From IMG/VR virus record IMGVR_UViG_3300026549_000038, positions 1 to 64,000 of that record: a DNA stretch of 64,000 bases; one strand, 5' to 3'. Origin of the DNA: a virus. Lineage: Duplodnaviria; Caudoviricetes. Position 1 is the stretch's first letter. Every line of letters starts with the position of its first letter. The notes below the pieces were generated by a model. It searched no databases and had not been told where the DNA came from. It saw only the letters and a program-made list of their open reading frames with translations. This document shows positions 36,199 to 44,678 of the stretch, piece by piece. The position numbers and the translations under genes were made by a program.

Positions 36199-36885
36199 TT
36201 ATGACTGTTTTACTGGGTTTTGTTTTATATGTTCAACCCAGATACTTCTGTGTGGTTCTTTTAAGATAGCAGGGGAAAGCCCATGCTCATATGTCCATTT
36301 ATCATCTCCGGGTTTTATCACACCTATTACTCCCACTTCTTTGCCTAATTTTATTATAGGTTTTTCTTTTGGGTTGGTAATGATTTCATTATTATATATC
36401 AAAATAGGTTCCCAGTAATATTCGTCACATATGGCCTCTTTAGGGCTTTTTAACCAAAATGATATACTCAAACCAAAGAACACTAGAGTAAACTGCGGAG
36501 GAAACTCATATCGATATTCACCCCACTTTGTCTTCCACATCATTCCATGGTTAAACTTATAAAAACTCAACCACATAGGAAGTACATAGGTGGGTTTAAA
36601 AATCTTAGAAAGTATCGGATGATTTTTCTTTCCTGTCTCTGTCCATTCAGATTTTATCAACTTTGCATAATCATAAGTATCATTTCTTTCGTTGTACTTA
36701 CCAAAATGAATTGTGTTTCCCCTTCTCCAGACAGGCAAGCATATGTCTTTTCTCCAACGACCTACCCTACAATAAAGCACAGGTTCTGTGAAAATTCTCT
36801 TCACCGGTATATAATCTTCGTACAGCCTGGTGAATTTTTTAAGAAAATACTTTAATAATTTAGATTTAATCGTCATGGGTTTCAT
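36199..36885 (-). CDS. Hypothetical protein
   Basis: Intact 228-aa aromatic-rich ORF (WKTKWGEYRYE). Confidence 0.65.
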   Translation of the reverse strand: MKPMTIKSKLLKYFLKKFTRLYEDYIPVKRIFTEPVLYCRVGRWRKDICLPVWRRGNTIHFGKYNERNDTYDYAKLIKSEWTETGKKNHPILSKIFKPTYVLPMWLSFYKFNHGMMWKTKWGEYRYEFPPQFTLVFFGLSISFWLKSPKEAICDEYYWEPILIYNNEIITNPKEKPIIKLGKEVGVIGVIKPGDDKWTYEHGLSPAILKEPHRSIWVEHIKQNPVKQS

Positions 36886-36909
36886 TATACAAAAGTTTGT
36901 TAAACTACT

Positions 36910-36916
36910 TTATTAT
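36910..36916 (+). promoter_or_regulatory. Late-promoter-like TTATTAT motif (example upstream of the tape measure-like gene)
   Basis: Recurs on the coding strand shortly upstream of many structural and lysis genes (see findings). Confidence 0.4.
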
Positions 36917-36952
36917 TTATAATATAAAATATAAAAATCCTATTATATATTT

Positions 36953-39900
36953 ATGGCTGCTAGAATACCAACACAGAATAACTTGGGTGAAGTAATCAAA
37001 TCCCTCAATGAAAACCTCAGTGCATTTAGTTCATTGATGCAAATTGTGTCTGGTATTCTTGATGATAAGTCTGTTTTCTTGCAAAAAGATTATAATAAAC
37101 GCGTTAAGACAATAGAAAAAAGAATATCTAGTATTTTTGGTCCGGATGGGCTCATGGATACTATTGTTTCCCAAATAGAACAGACTATAAGCAGGTCGAC
37201 CAAAGGTAAATTAGAAACTCTTGAAAAAGAATCAATTAAACCTGTAATCGATGCTATTAAAGCTATTTCTAATATATTAGACAATCGTTACCTAACTGGA
37301 TTTACAGTCGGACGAACTATGATGATTCGTCGAAATCTGAGGGGTGTTGAACGGACGTTTGATCAGTTGTTTAAATTTATTAATAGACTTGGTAAAAAGA
37401 ATTTAAATACTAAGGCAGTAAAGCAGTTAAATCTTCTTGCACATATAGTCGGAAAGATAACTAAAATGGTAACTGCTTTAATATTGCTCGGTCCGGTATT
37501 CTTGGCGTTTATCATTATGAGTCCAGTACTGGTGATTGGATTCTGGGTTTTGATCAGAGTCCTTAATCTAATGAGTAGGATTGCAGATGGGGTCAGGTTT
37601 GGACGACGCGGAATACTGGGATTGATGAGAGTACGAGCAATGATTCTTGTAATAGGTATTATTGCAGTTTCTCTGGTTATCATCGGAGCGATGGCTTTAT
37701 TGGTTGTTAAACTTGCGGTTCCAATCTTAGCTATGTTTGGAATAATCATTTTGATTATGCTAGGTTTGAGGTTGATGGTTTGGATTACTAGTAAGATAAT
37801 GAGTGTAGAGGCGGTAGAGGGGTTAGCAGTTGTCGCTTTGTTGATTGGAGTTATCATGGCAATATCTATCATGCTCCTTGTTGTAGCTAGTATATCTTTG
37901 TTGATTGCAAAGTCTTGGAAGAGTATATTACTGATGTTTGGTATTATCACTGCAGTTGCTGCTGCGGCAGTTGGTATGGGCTTGGGTATGACGCTTCTGC
38001 TTCCGATGGTGCCTGGTATGTTGGCAGGCATAGCTGCGCTGACTGTGATTATAGGTGCAATCATGTTTATTTCAATGATGCTCTTATTGTTACAACAACT
38101 TAAGCTCGATAAAGAGAAGATTCTTGTTAATGTACATATAGTTCTCGACACAGCCAAAGCAATCATCGGAATGTTATTTGAAGATGAAGAGGAACCTGGA
38201 AAACAAAAAGATAATATGTTCACCAGGATAATCAAATCTATCTTCAGAGGGGCATCGATGATTATAGAAATGATACTTGCTGCTGCCTTGCTGACGATGA
38301 CTGTTGTGTCTGTAACAATGATTCTCTTTATTGCTTTGGAATTGAGACTGTTACAGGTTATCAATCTTAAGCCAGAAGAGATAAAGAGAAACGTTAGTTT
38401 GGTTCTAGGTACAGCTAAATCAATCATTTCCACACTGTTCGACCCGATTAACCCCGAGGAGAATGACAAACCAAAGACCGGATTCCAGATATTTATAAAA
38501 TGGGCTTTCAGCAGAATAGCTACTATCCTAGATGCAATTTTTTCAGTTGCTGTTCTGGCCATGACTTTTGTGTCTGTTGGCATGATACTTCTTATTGCTA
38601 TGATGTTGAGAGGTCTCCAAAATATAGATCTTGATCACAATAAAGTTAGAGAACGGGTTGGACTTGTGTTAGACACAGCTAGGAACATAATATCTTCTAT
38701 CTTTGATTACAGGGATGAGAAAGAAGATAATGAACCAAAAACTTGGTTCGGCTCGTTCATAAGCTGGGCATTTGAGAGATTTTCAGCCATCATAGATGCT
38801 ATATTATCTGTTGCCTTCCTGTCTTTGACTGTGATAGCTATCGGTATAGTTATGCTTATTGCAAAACAACTGAAAGCCATTTCACAATTCGACATAGATC
38901 CAAATGAAGCTAGAGATAAAGCGGCTGGAATTATTAATGCGGCGATGACTGTTATGAATTCCATTTTTGATTTTAAGAAAGATCTTAAAACAGCACAGCC
39001 ATCAACTTGGGTGGGTGAACTCATTCAATGGGCATTTCCTGACTTTTATAATTTTGTAAAAATGATAACATCTGTTCTTTTCTTAGCTGTGTCTTTGGCA
39101 GGAATAGGATGTATAAAACGTGTTGGTGAAGCTTTAAATGAAATTGTCAAATTTGATGTAAATCCAGAATTGGCCAAACAAAAAGCTCAGCAAGTTGTTG
39201 CGGTGGCAAAAGATATAGTTAATCAGATTAACATAGAAGGCACTATATTTGACAATATCGGAAAGAAGTGGAAACTAGGAAAGGTAGCGAAGATGTTCGG
39301 AGATATTAAGCTTATTGCAGAGACAATGACTTATCTCAAAGATTTTGACCTGTCTGTTATAACCTCTTCAGGAGATATAGCAAATAAGATAGTTATAGAA
39401 GCTGTAAAACTTGTAAGAGGTCCGAAAGGAGCTTCAGATACTTTTTGGAGAGATTTGAACGAAGCATACAAAGACATTTCAAAAGCCATGGGAAGAGTTA
39501 GTGAGGTGTTTGGTTTATTTGCGGGTATAGGCAGTTCAGAAGAAGACATGAAAAAAGCTCTAACTACGGCCATATATACCGGCGAATGTATGAAACGAAT
39601 AGCAAACGCCGATTTTGATAATACGGCCGTTATGAATAAGGCTCGCGTAATAGGATTTGCATCTATGTCACTCAAGTCTTGGTTTAACATGTCTTCTGCC
39701 GAGGTAGCACTTAACAAACAACTTGTAGAGCAGAATATCAAGTTCTTCGAAAAAATTAATAGTGTTGATATTGAAAAACTCAAGACCACAGAAAAGATGT
39801 TTAAAAACATGGCGAAGTTCAGTGAGACAATCAGCGGTAACTTCGAAGGTTTAGCAGACACTCTTAATAATAAAATCGCTCCTATTATAGAAGAACTGTC

Positions 39901-40195
39901 AAAGAAGATAGATGATGTGAAGGCACTCCAGGCTGAAGCAATCGATGACAACAACGCAAACAGCGGAAACGAAAAGGCTGTCAGCGAGAATACAGCAACA
40001 AAACGTGTTGCCAAAGCTCCGGTTGGAGGCTTGATCCAATACGGTAAAGATCAAGAGGGCGACTCATTCACAATCTCTAAGGAGAGTCGCAAGGCTTACA
40101 TGAGAGCTACTAAGAACGGAAAAGACATTGGGGCAATCCTTAATGTATTGACTGGAAATGGTGGAACCGGCGGTGTTTTGACTAGAACTCGATAA
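36953..40195 (+). CDS. Tape-measure-like protein with multiple TM helices and internal repeats
   Basis: 1080 aa, all-helical, long hydrophobic block, then ~85-90-aa repeats (V..VL.TA..II..LF...FI.WAF...DAI.SVA.L). Confidence 0.6.
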   Translation: MAARIPTQNNLGEVIKSLNENLSAFSSLMQIVSGILDDKSVFLQKDYNKRVKTIEKRISSIFGPDGLMDTIVSQIEQTISRSTKGKLETLEKESIKPVIDAIKAISNILDNRYLTGFTVGRTMMIRRNLRGVERTFDQLFKFINRLGKKNLNTKAVKQLNLLAHIVGKITKMVTALILLGPVFLAFIIMSPVLVIGFWVLIRVLNLMSRIADGVRFGRRGILGLMRVRAMILVIGIIAVSLVIIGAMALLVVKLAVPILAMFGIIILIMLGLRLMVWITSKIMSVEAVEGLAVVALLIGVIMAISIMLLVVASISLLIAKSWKSILLMFGIITAVAAAAVGMGLGMTLLLPMVPGMLAGIAALTVIIGAIMFISMMLLLLQQLKLDKEKILVNVHIVLDTAKAIIGMLFEDEEEPGKQKDNMFTRIIKSIFRGASMIIEMILAAALLTMTVVSVTMILFIALELRLLQVINLKPEEIKRNVSLVLGTAKSIISTLFDPINPEENDKPKTGFQIFIKWAFSRIATILDAIFSVAVLAMTFVSVGMILLIAMMLRGLQNIDLDHNKVRERVGLVLDTARNIISSIFDYRDEKEDNEPKTWFGSFISWAFERFSAIIDAILSVAFLSLTVIAIGIVMLIAKQLKAISQFDIDPNEARDKAAGIINAAMTVMNSIFDFKKDLKTAQPSTWVGELIQWAFPDFYNFVKMITSVLFLAVSLAGIGCIKRVGEALNEIVKFDVNPELAKQKAQQVVAVAKDIVNQINIEGTIFDNIGKKWKLGKVAKMFGDIKLIAETMTYLKDFDLSVITSSGDIANKIVIEAVKLVRGPKGASDTFWRDLNEAYKDISKAMGRVSEVFGLFAGIGSSEEDMKKALTTAIYTGECMKRIANADFDNTAVMNKARVIGFASMSLKSWFNMSSAEVALNKQLVEQNIKFFEKINSVDIEKLKTTEKMFKNMAKFSETISGNFEGLADTLNNKIAPIIEELSKKIDDVKALQAEAIDDNNANSGNEKAVSENTATKRVAKAPVGGLIQYGKDQEGDSFTISKESRKAYMRATKNGKDIGAILNVLTGNGGTGGVLTRTR

Positions 40196-40266
40196 TTTCT
40201 TTCATTTTATTTTAAAAAGCTTCCAGATGTGTTTATTTTCGAATAAAATTAAATACATCATTTAAA

Positions 40267-40869
40267 ATGAAGTTTATTATTGTTGGGCTTCATAGTAGCG
40301 GAAAACAAGAGACTGGTGATATTTTAAGGAGCATGGATGTTTCTGTTGGGAGACTTTTCACAAATCTCGACGAAGAATCGCCTAGTATATATAATTGTAA
40401 TAAATATGAACTCTTTGATACTCAGATAGTTAACGAGCTATTCGAAAATGATTCTTATGTGTTCATTCACGATTTAGAAACAAAGATTGGGTTTGTTAAC
40501 TATAAGACATACGAAGGGTTGACAAAATGGGAGTACGAACAAAACGATGTTCATATTCTCTCTCCAAATCAACTGCTGGCCATCCCGCCTTCAAAACTCC
40601 GAGGAGAAGATATTTACTATGTTTGGCTGGATAATACCAGAGAAAATAGAATGTCATATTATATATCACATGATCGTACATATTCGTTTGGATTTCAAGA
40701 GACTTTAGAAACACAGGACATGGAGTCTTTTGTAAAAAAAATATATCAACTCGGTCCGCGCGTGTTATATTTTACAAATGAACAACCAGAGAGAATAGCT
40801 ACTATCATATATGCTTGTTTGAAACATCCAGACTTGCTGCCTGTCTTTTTAAAAAATTACAACGGTTAG
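40267..40869 (+). CDS. Guanylate kinase-like P-loop protein (degenerate)
   Basis: N-terminal FIIVGLHSSGK; YEGLT...E....V.ILSP; size of an NMP kinase. Confidence 0.45.
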   Translation: MKFIIVGLHSSGKQETGDILRSMDVSVGRLFTNLDEESPSIYNCNKYELFDTQIVNELFENDSYVFIHDLETKIGFVNYKTYEGLTKWEYEQNDVHILSPNQLLAIPPSKLRGEDIYYVWLDNTRENRMSYYISHDRTYSFGFQETLETQDMESFVKKIYQLGPRVLYFTNEQPERIATIIYACLKHPDLLPVFLKNYNG

Positions 40870-40915
40870 AATATAACGATAGTTAACAAAAGAATTAAAA
40901 AAAATATAAATTATA

Positions 40916-41686
40916 ATGGAATATACATTTAATGATGGTTCTCTATCTTTTGAAGGAACCTGGTATAATATAAAAACTGGAGATAAGGTCGTGGTTAGAG
41001 ACACTCTTTTTGAAAACAATCAGATCATCATAAGAACCACAGACGGAAGAATGATCAGTTACGACAAGTTTCAAGATTATGTTAAGTCTGATAAGCCATT
41101 AAACATGGCTCAGAAACAGCCTCAGGAAAGCATACCTCAGAATGTACTTGAAGAAATACAATCAAACACATTGGAAGATTTTGATAATAAAATGTTAAAC
41201 ACACCAGACGTTACACAACCCATACAAGAACCAAAGGTTGCGAGAGGTAGTTATATTATGAATAACATTTACGAATCTTCTCCGATTTCTGCACAAGAAC
41301 CAAAGTCAAATGTCGAACAGCTGATTGTGGCAAGGGCTTTAGATTCATATCCAAAACCAAAAGTTAACATTAGTATCGATTGGGATATGCCAAGAGATAC
41401 TATAAATATGCTTTTGAATGTTATGAATATTAATAAAAATGATATATATTTATACTACAAGTCTTTTTTAAATACCGATATGTTCATTGAAGAATTTTCG
41501 AAAAAGCTTGCAGATATCATTGATGGATTAGAAAAGCAACCTTCGGTTCCGGCTCAGCCAGCAGAACTTACAGGAAAGGAAGAGACGGTTACAACAGAAA
41601 CAGTTTCAAACAAAACACCAGAGTCTTCGAAAGACGCGGTTAAACCACAGCCAAAAAAGCCAGGTAGACCAAAAAAGAATAAATAA
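40916..41686 (+). CDS. Hypothetical protein with C-terminal AT-hook-like KKPGRPKK
   Basis: Intact ORF; beta-rich N-domain, disordered linker, GRP motif. Confidence 0.6.
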   Translation: MEYTFNDGSLSFEGTWYNIKTGDKVVVRDTLFENNQIIIRTTDGRMISYDKFQDYVKSDKPLNMAQKQPQESIPQNVLEEIQSNTLEDFDNKMLNTPDVTQPIQEPKVARGSYIMNNIYESSPISAQEPKSNVEQLIVARALDSYPKPKVNISIDWDMPRDTINMLLNVMNINKNDIYLYYKSFLNTDMFIEEFSKKLADIIDGLEKQPSVPAQPAELTGKEETVTTETVSNKTPESSKDAVKPQPKKPGRPKKNK

Positions 41687-41697
41687 ATGTAAATGAG

Positions 41698-42255
41698 ATG
41701 AGTGATAATATAAACATTTCTCCAGAAGACATAGTGAAGGCTGTTATAGATTCCGAGCCAATCTCTGGTTTAGACGACCTTCCTGCTGACTGGGCAGAAG
41801 AAGTACCAATTGAAAACATTACCGAAGAGTCTAGTGATGATGCTCAAAAACTCATCAATAATATAAGTTCTATATATAACGATGAAGATTTTTTGAAAAA
41901 TAATCCAAAGTTCACCGAGAGACTCAATGCTGAAGTAGAGAATCTGAGAGTATTAATTAAGATGAGGAAAACTGACGAAATAACCCACGATAATATTGTC
42001 AGAGCTATAAGTAAAAAACCAGAAAATGCCTCTCTTTATAGAGCACTTACCGATCTTCAGAGAACCATGCTGAATGTATCTAAACAAATAGATGATAAGG
42101 TGGATAATATAAATAAATTAGTTAAAAGTATCCAGCTTGAGTTCAATTTTGATAACCAAGACTCAGAAGAAAACGAAGACACACCGTCAGCACAAGGCCG
42201 ATATCGAGGTTCGAAAGATTTTATAGAAGATATGAAAAAATCAATGAGCCAATAA
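41698..42255 (+). CDS. Small terminase subunit candidate (T4 gp16-like)
   Basis: Helical hairpin ending ASLYRALTDLQRTMLNV plus a C-terminal RGSKDF segment, reminiscent of gp16-family proteins. Confidence 0.45.
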   Translation: MSDNINISPEDIVKAVIDSEPISGLDDLPADWAEEVPIENITEESSDDAQKLINNISSIYNDEDFLKNNPKFTERLNAEVENLRVLIKMRKTDEITHDNIVRAISKKPENASLYRALTDLQRTMLNVSKQIDDKVDNINKLVKSIQLEFNFDNQDSEENEDTPSAQGRYRGSKDFIEDMKKSMSQ

Positions 42256-42286
42256 AAAAATAACCCACCGAGAGGTGGGTTTTTTG
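42255..42286. terminator. Bidirectional terminator
   Basis: AACCCACC-GAGA-GGTGGGTT, flanked by A- and T-runs, between convergent genes. Confidence 0.8.
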
Positions 42287-42313
42287 TTGGTTACTTTATA
42301 AGTAAGGTAACAA

Positions 42314-42493
42314 TTATTCAGCAACTGCCTCAATAGCTGTGGAGTCCGCTACAGCGACTGTTGTATCAGCTACGGTCTCAACTACAGTTGTATCTGCAGC
42401 TTCTACCTCTACCTCCTCGGCGTTGTTGTTTCCGCATGCCACAAAAGCGAACATTGCAAGAGCGGCAACGATTGTAAAATAAATTTTCTTCAT
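42314..42493 (-). CDS. Small acidic lipoprotein (59 aa; not in ORF track)
   Basis: MKKIYFTIVAALAMFAFVA-C-GNNNAEEVEVEAADTTVVETVADTTVAVADSTAIEAVAE; SPII lipobox FVAC; has its own promoter-like motif and a terminator. Confidence 0.85.
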   Translation of the reverse strand: MKKIYFTIVAALAMFAFVACGNNNAEEVEVEAADTTVVETVADTTVAVADSTAIEAVAE

Positions 42494-42588
42494 AATAAAA
42501 TAGTTTGTTATTTAAATTGTTTTTATAATATATAAATAATATATCGTTTATTAAATTATCTTTTAAAAAAACATATAAAACAATACAA

Positions 42589-43212
42589 TTATGACGTTTT
42601 TATGACGTACGGGTGATGAAGATATTTAAGTATACCGGCAACGTGAATGTTAACCACAGAGGCTTTTCCTTCATCACTAAGAAGCCATTCAACGTCTTCT
42701 TTATTATCCTGGAAGAAATTCTCGGTTAGAACAGCAGGACATTTAGTATTCCTTAATATATAAAAATTAGCAGTATAATATTTTTGTTTTGGTTCCGGTT
42801 GTCTTACTTTTAGATTCATTTCTTTAGCTGCATCATTAAGGGAATTAGCAAGTATCTTCGATTTCTCGCTAGCTCCGTTATATACCCAAACAGACCAACC
42901 TCTTGCACTGTGCCATTGATTATCGTTTGGTGGTGCTGCATTATTATGAATAGATATCAGAACAAAATCCGTATCTTTATTATTGTTGACTATTGTATTG
43001 ATCCTTTTGCAGCGTTCACCCAAAGAAATGTCCTCTAACTCCGGAACTATGATTCTATATTTTATACCGAGTTCATCAAGTGCATTGCAAAGCATATTGC
43101 CAACTTCTCTACAGTATACCGGTTCTACTAGAGACATGTCTGGAGAATGTTTTCCACCGGTCCGAGCAGGAACACCATGGCCGAAATCCAATAGCAGTTC
43201 AAATTTTTTCAT
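42589..43212 (-). CDS. N-acetylmuramoyl-L-alanine amidase (Amidase_3), endolysin
   Basis: LLDFGHG, E, LGERC, ISIHNNA, FYILRNTKCPAVLTENFFQDN. Confidence 0.9.
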   Translation of the reverse strand: MKKFELLLDFGHGVPARTGGKHSPDMSLVEPVYCREVGNMLCNALDELGIKYRIIVPELEDISLGERCKRINTIVNNNKDTDFVLISIHNNAAPPNDNQWHSARGWSVWVYNGASEKSKILANSLNDAAKEMNLKVRQPEPKQKYYTANFYILRNTKCPAVLTENFFQDNKEDVEWLLSDEGKASVVNIHVAGILKYLHHPYVIKTS

Positions 43213-43259
43213 AATTTATCATATATGTTTTATATATAATAAACCAATCCAATTTAAGA

Positions 43260-43472
43260 CTATTCTACTTCCTCTTCTGCGTCTTTATTCTTCAAAAAAC
43301 CTTCGATTTTTGGTGGTTCTTTCATAGATGCTTGTTTCAGAAGTTCAGATTCGTACTGAATCCGCTGTTGTTTTAATTGATAATCTAATGTTATTTTTCC
43401 ACTCCATAAATCTAACCACTTATCTATTATAAGATATGATACAAATATTCCAAATGCAATTATCAACATCAT
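43260..43472 (-). CDS. Small N-terminal-TM protein (possible lysis accessory)
   Basis: One TM helix plus a short coiled coil, upstream of the amidase. Confidence 0.5.
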   Translation of the reverse strand: MMLIIAFGIFVSYLIIDKWLDLWSGKITLDYQLKQQRIQYESELLKQASMKEPPKIEGFLKNKDAEEEVE

Positions 43473-43514
43473 TTTACTATAAGATATTTTTAATACTATA
43501 GTTAACTATTGTAT

Positions 43515-44237
43515 TTATTTTTGATTGGTTTTAGATTGTTTTTGCTGTTTTCGTTTATTTTTCTTTCCGAACTCATTTTGCCAGTAATTCATGATAGCAT
43601 CTCTAGTACGTTTTTTAAAGACACCTTCAGTGAGAGCTGCCTTAGACCAGTCTTTAAATTTAATAGGAATTATCTTTGCCATGAGTTTCGGATCGTACAT
43701 TCTTACTCCAAATGTAAGTCCCTGACTTTCAAGCTGTTCCAACAGCAGCTGATAATTCATACCTGCGATCTTTTTTGACATCGGTTCTCCCCAAGACTTA
43801 TCATATATAGGTTTAAATATTTCATAAATTCTATTCATGATTTGCCAACGGATACGAGGCGGATAATAATGAATATTAAACCCAAGAACACGATCTCCTA
43901 ACTCGGTTTTGAATACATTAAAGAATATAGTGACAGGCATGGCATCATAATATTCAAGTTCCTCTTTTGTCTTTGGTTCAAAATAATTAAACATTATAAG
44001 TTGACCTGGGATGATAGATCCCTTACTTTTAACTTCGTTTGATTCTTCAAGTACTTTTCTGGATCTCCTGTCTCTCCGACCAACATTTGATTTATATTCT
44101 TTCTCAGAACGTATGGCTTTAAGAAGATTATAGTCTTTCGGGGCGCGGGTGTTATCCTTTGCAGATTCGGTTTTTGTACCGCGCGCCTCTTGAAGAAGTT
44201 CAAGTATTTTTTCTCTGTTTATGATTTGTTTGGCCAT
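43515..44237 (-). CDS. gp2: T4 gp2-like DNA end protector
   Basis: PGQLIMFNYFEPKTKEELEYYDAMP...GFNIHYYPP; start moved to MAKQ (44237). Confidence 0.75.
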   Translation of the reverse strand: MAKQIINREKILELLQEARGTKTESAKDNTRAPKDYNLLKAIRSEKEYKSNVGRRDRRSRKVLEESNEVKSKGSIIPGQLIMFNYFEPKTKEELEYYDAMPVTIFFNVFKTELGDRVLGFNIHYYPPRIRWQIMNRIYEIFKPIYDKSWGEPMSKKIAGMNYQLLLEQLESQGLTFGVRMYDPKLMAKIIPIKFKDWSKAALTEGVFKKRTRDAIMNYWQNEFGKKNKRKQQKQSKTNQK

Positions 44238-44282
44238 ATAATATATAATAAATATAACCTTTCTTTTATATATATTTATTTG

Positions 44283-44678
44283 ATGTTCACGAAAAAACAA
44301 CGAGGAGGCTTTAAATATACATTTGCACATTGGTGTGCTTTCCAAATGACTGCACTAAATCATGGATGTTGGAGATGGAGATTTTTGTTTCATGACTGGT
44401 ACAAACCTTGGCTGAAGTTGTTTTTACCATATACAAAGGTTCAGAAATTCCACAGGACTCACGCAAGACATCACGAAGAATGGATAATATTACACCCGAA
44501 CAGAAAACCAGACGTGTTGGCAATGGTCATAGATTGGGAATGTAGTCAATACACCAAAGAAGCATGTCAACTCAATGCGCGTGAGACTCTGAAAGAAAGA
44601 AAACACCAGGATATAGACCCAGCGGTCTTTAAAGCATATTTAGAGGCAGAGCAGATAATATTCAAATATAATTTTTAA
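44283..44678 (+). CDS. HD-like metal-dependent hydrolase (DUF5662-like)
   Basis: H...HDWYK...HRTHARHH...MVIDW; start at ATG 44283. Confidence 0.6.
   Translation: MFTKKQRGGFKYTFAHWCAFQMTALNHGCWRWRFLFHDWYKPWLKLFLPYTKVQKFHRTHARHHEEWIILHPNRKPDVLAMVIDWECSQYTKEACQLNARETLKERKHQDIDPAVFKAYLEAEQIIFKYNF

Noticed and set aside
37363-40014. 406-aa and 227-aa minus-strand ORFs
   Set aside because: Antisense shadows of the hydrophobic 1080-aa gene.
40225-40259. Hairpin with TTCG loop just before the 40267 start
   Set aside because: AT-rich single instance; cannot be distinguished from chance or a weak terminator.
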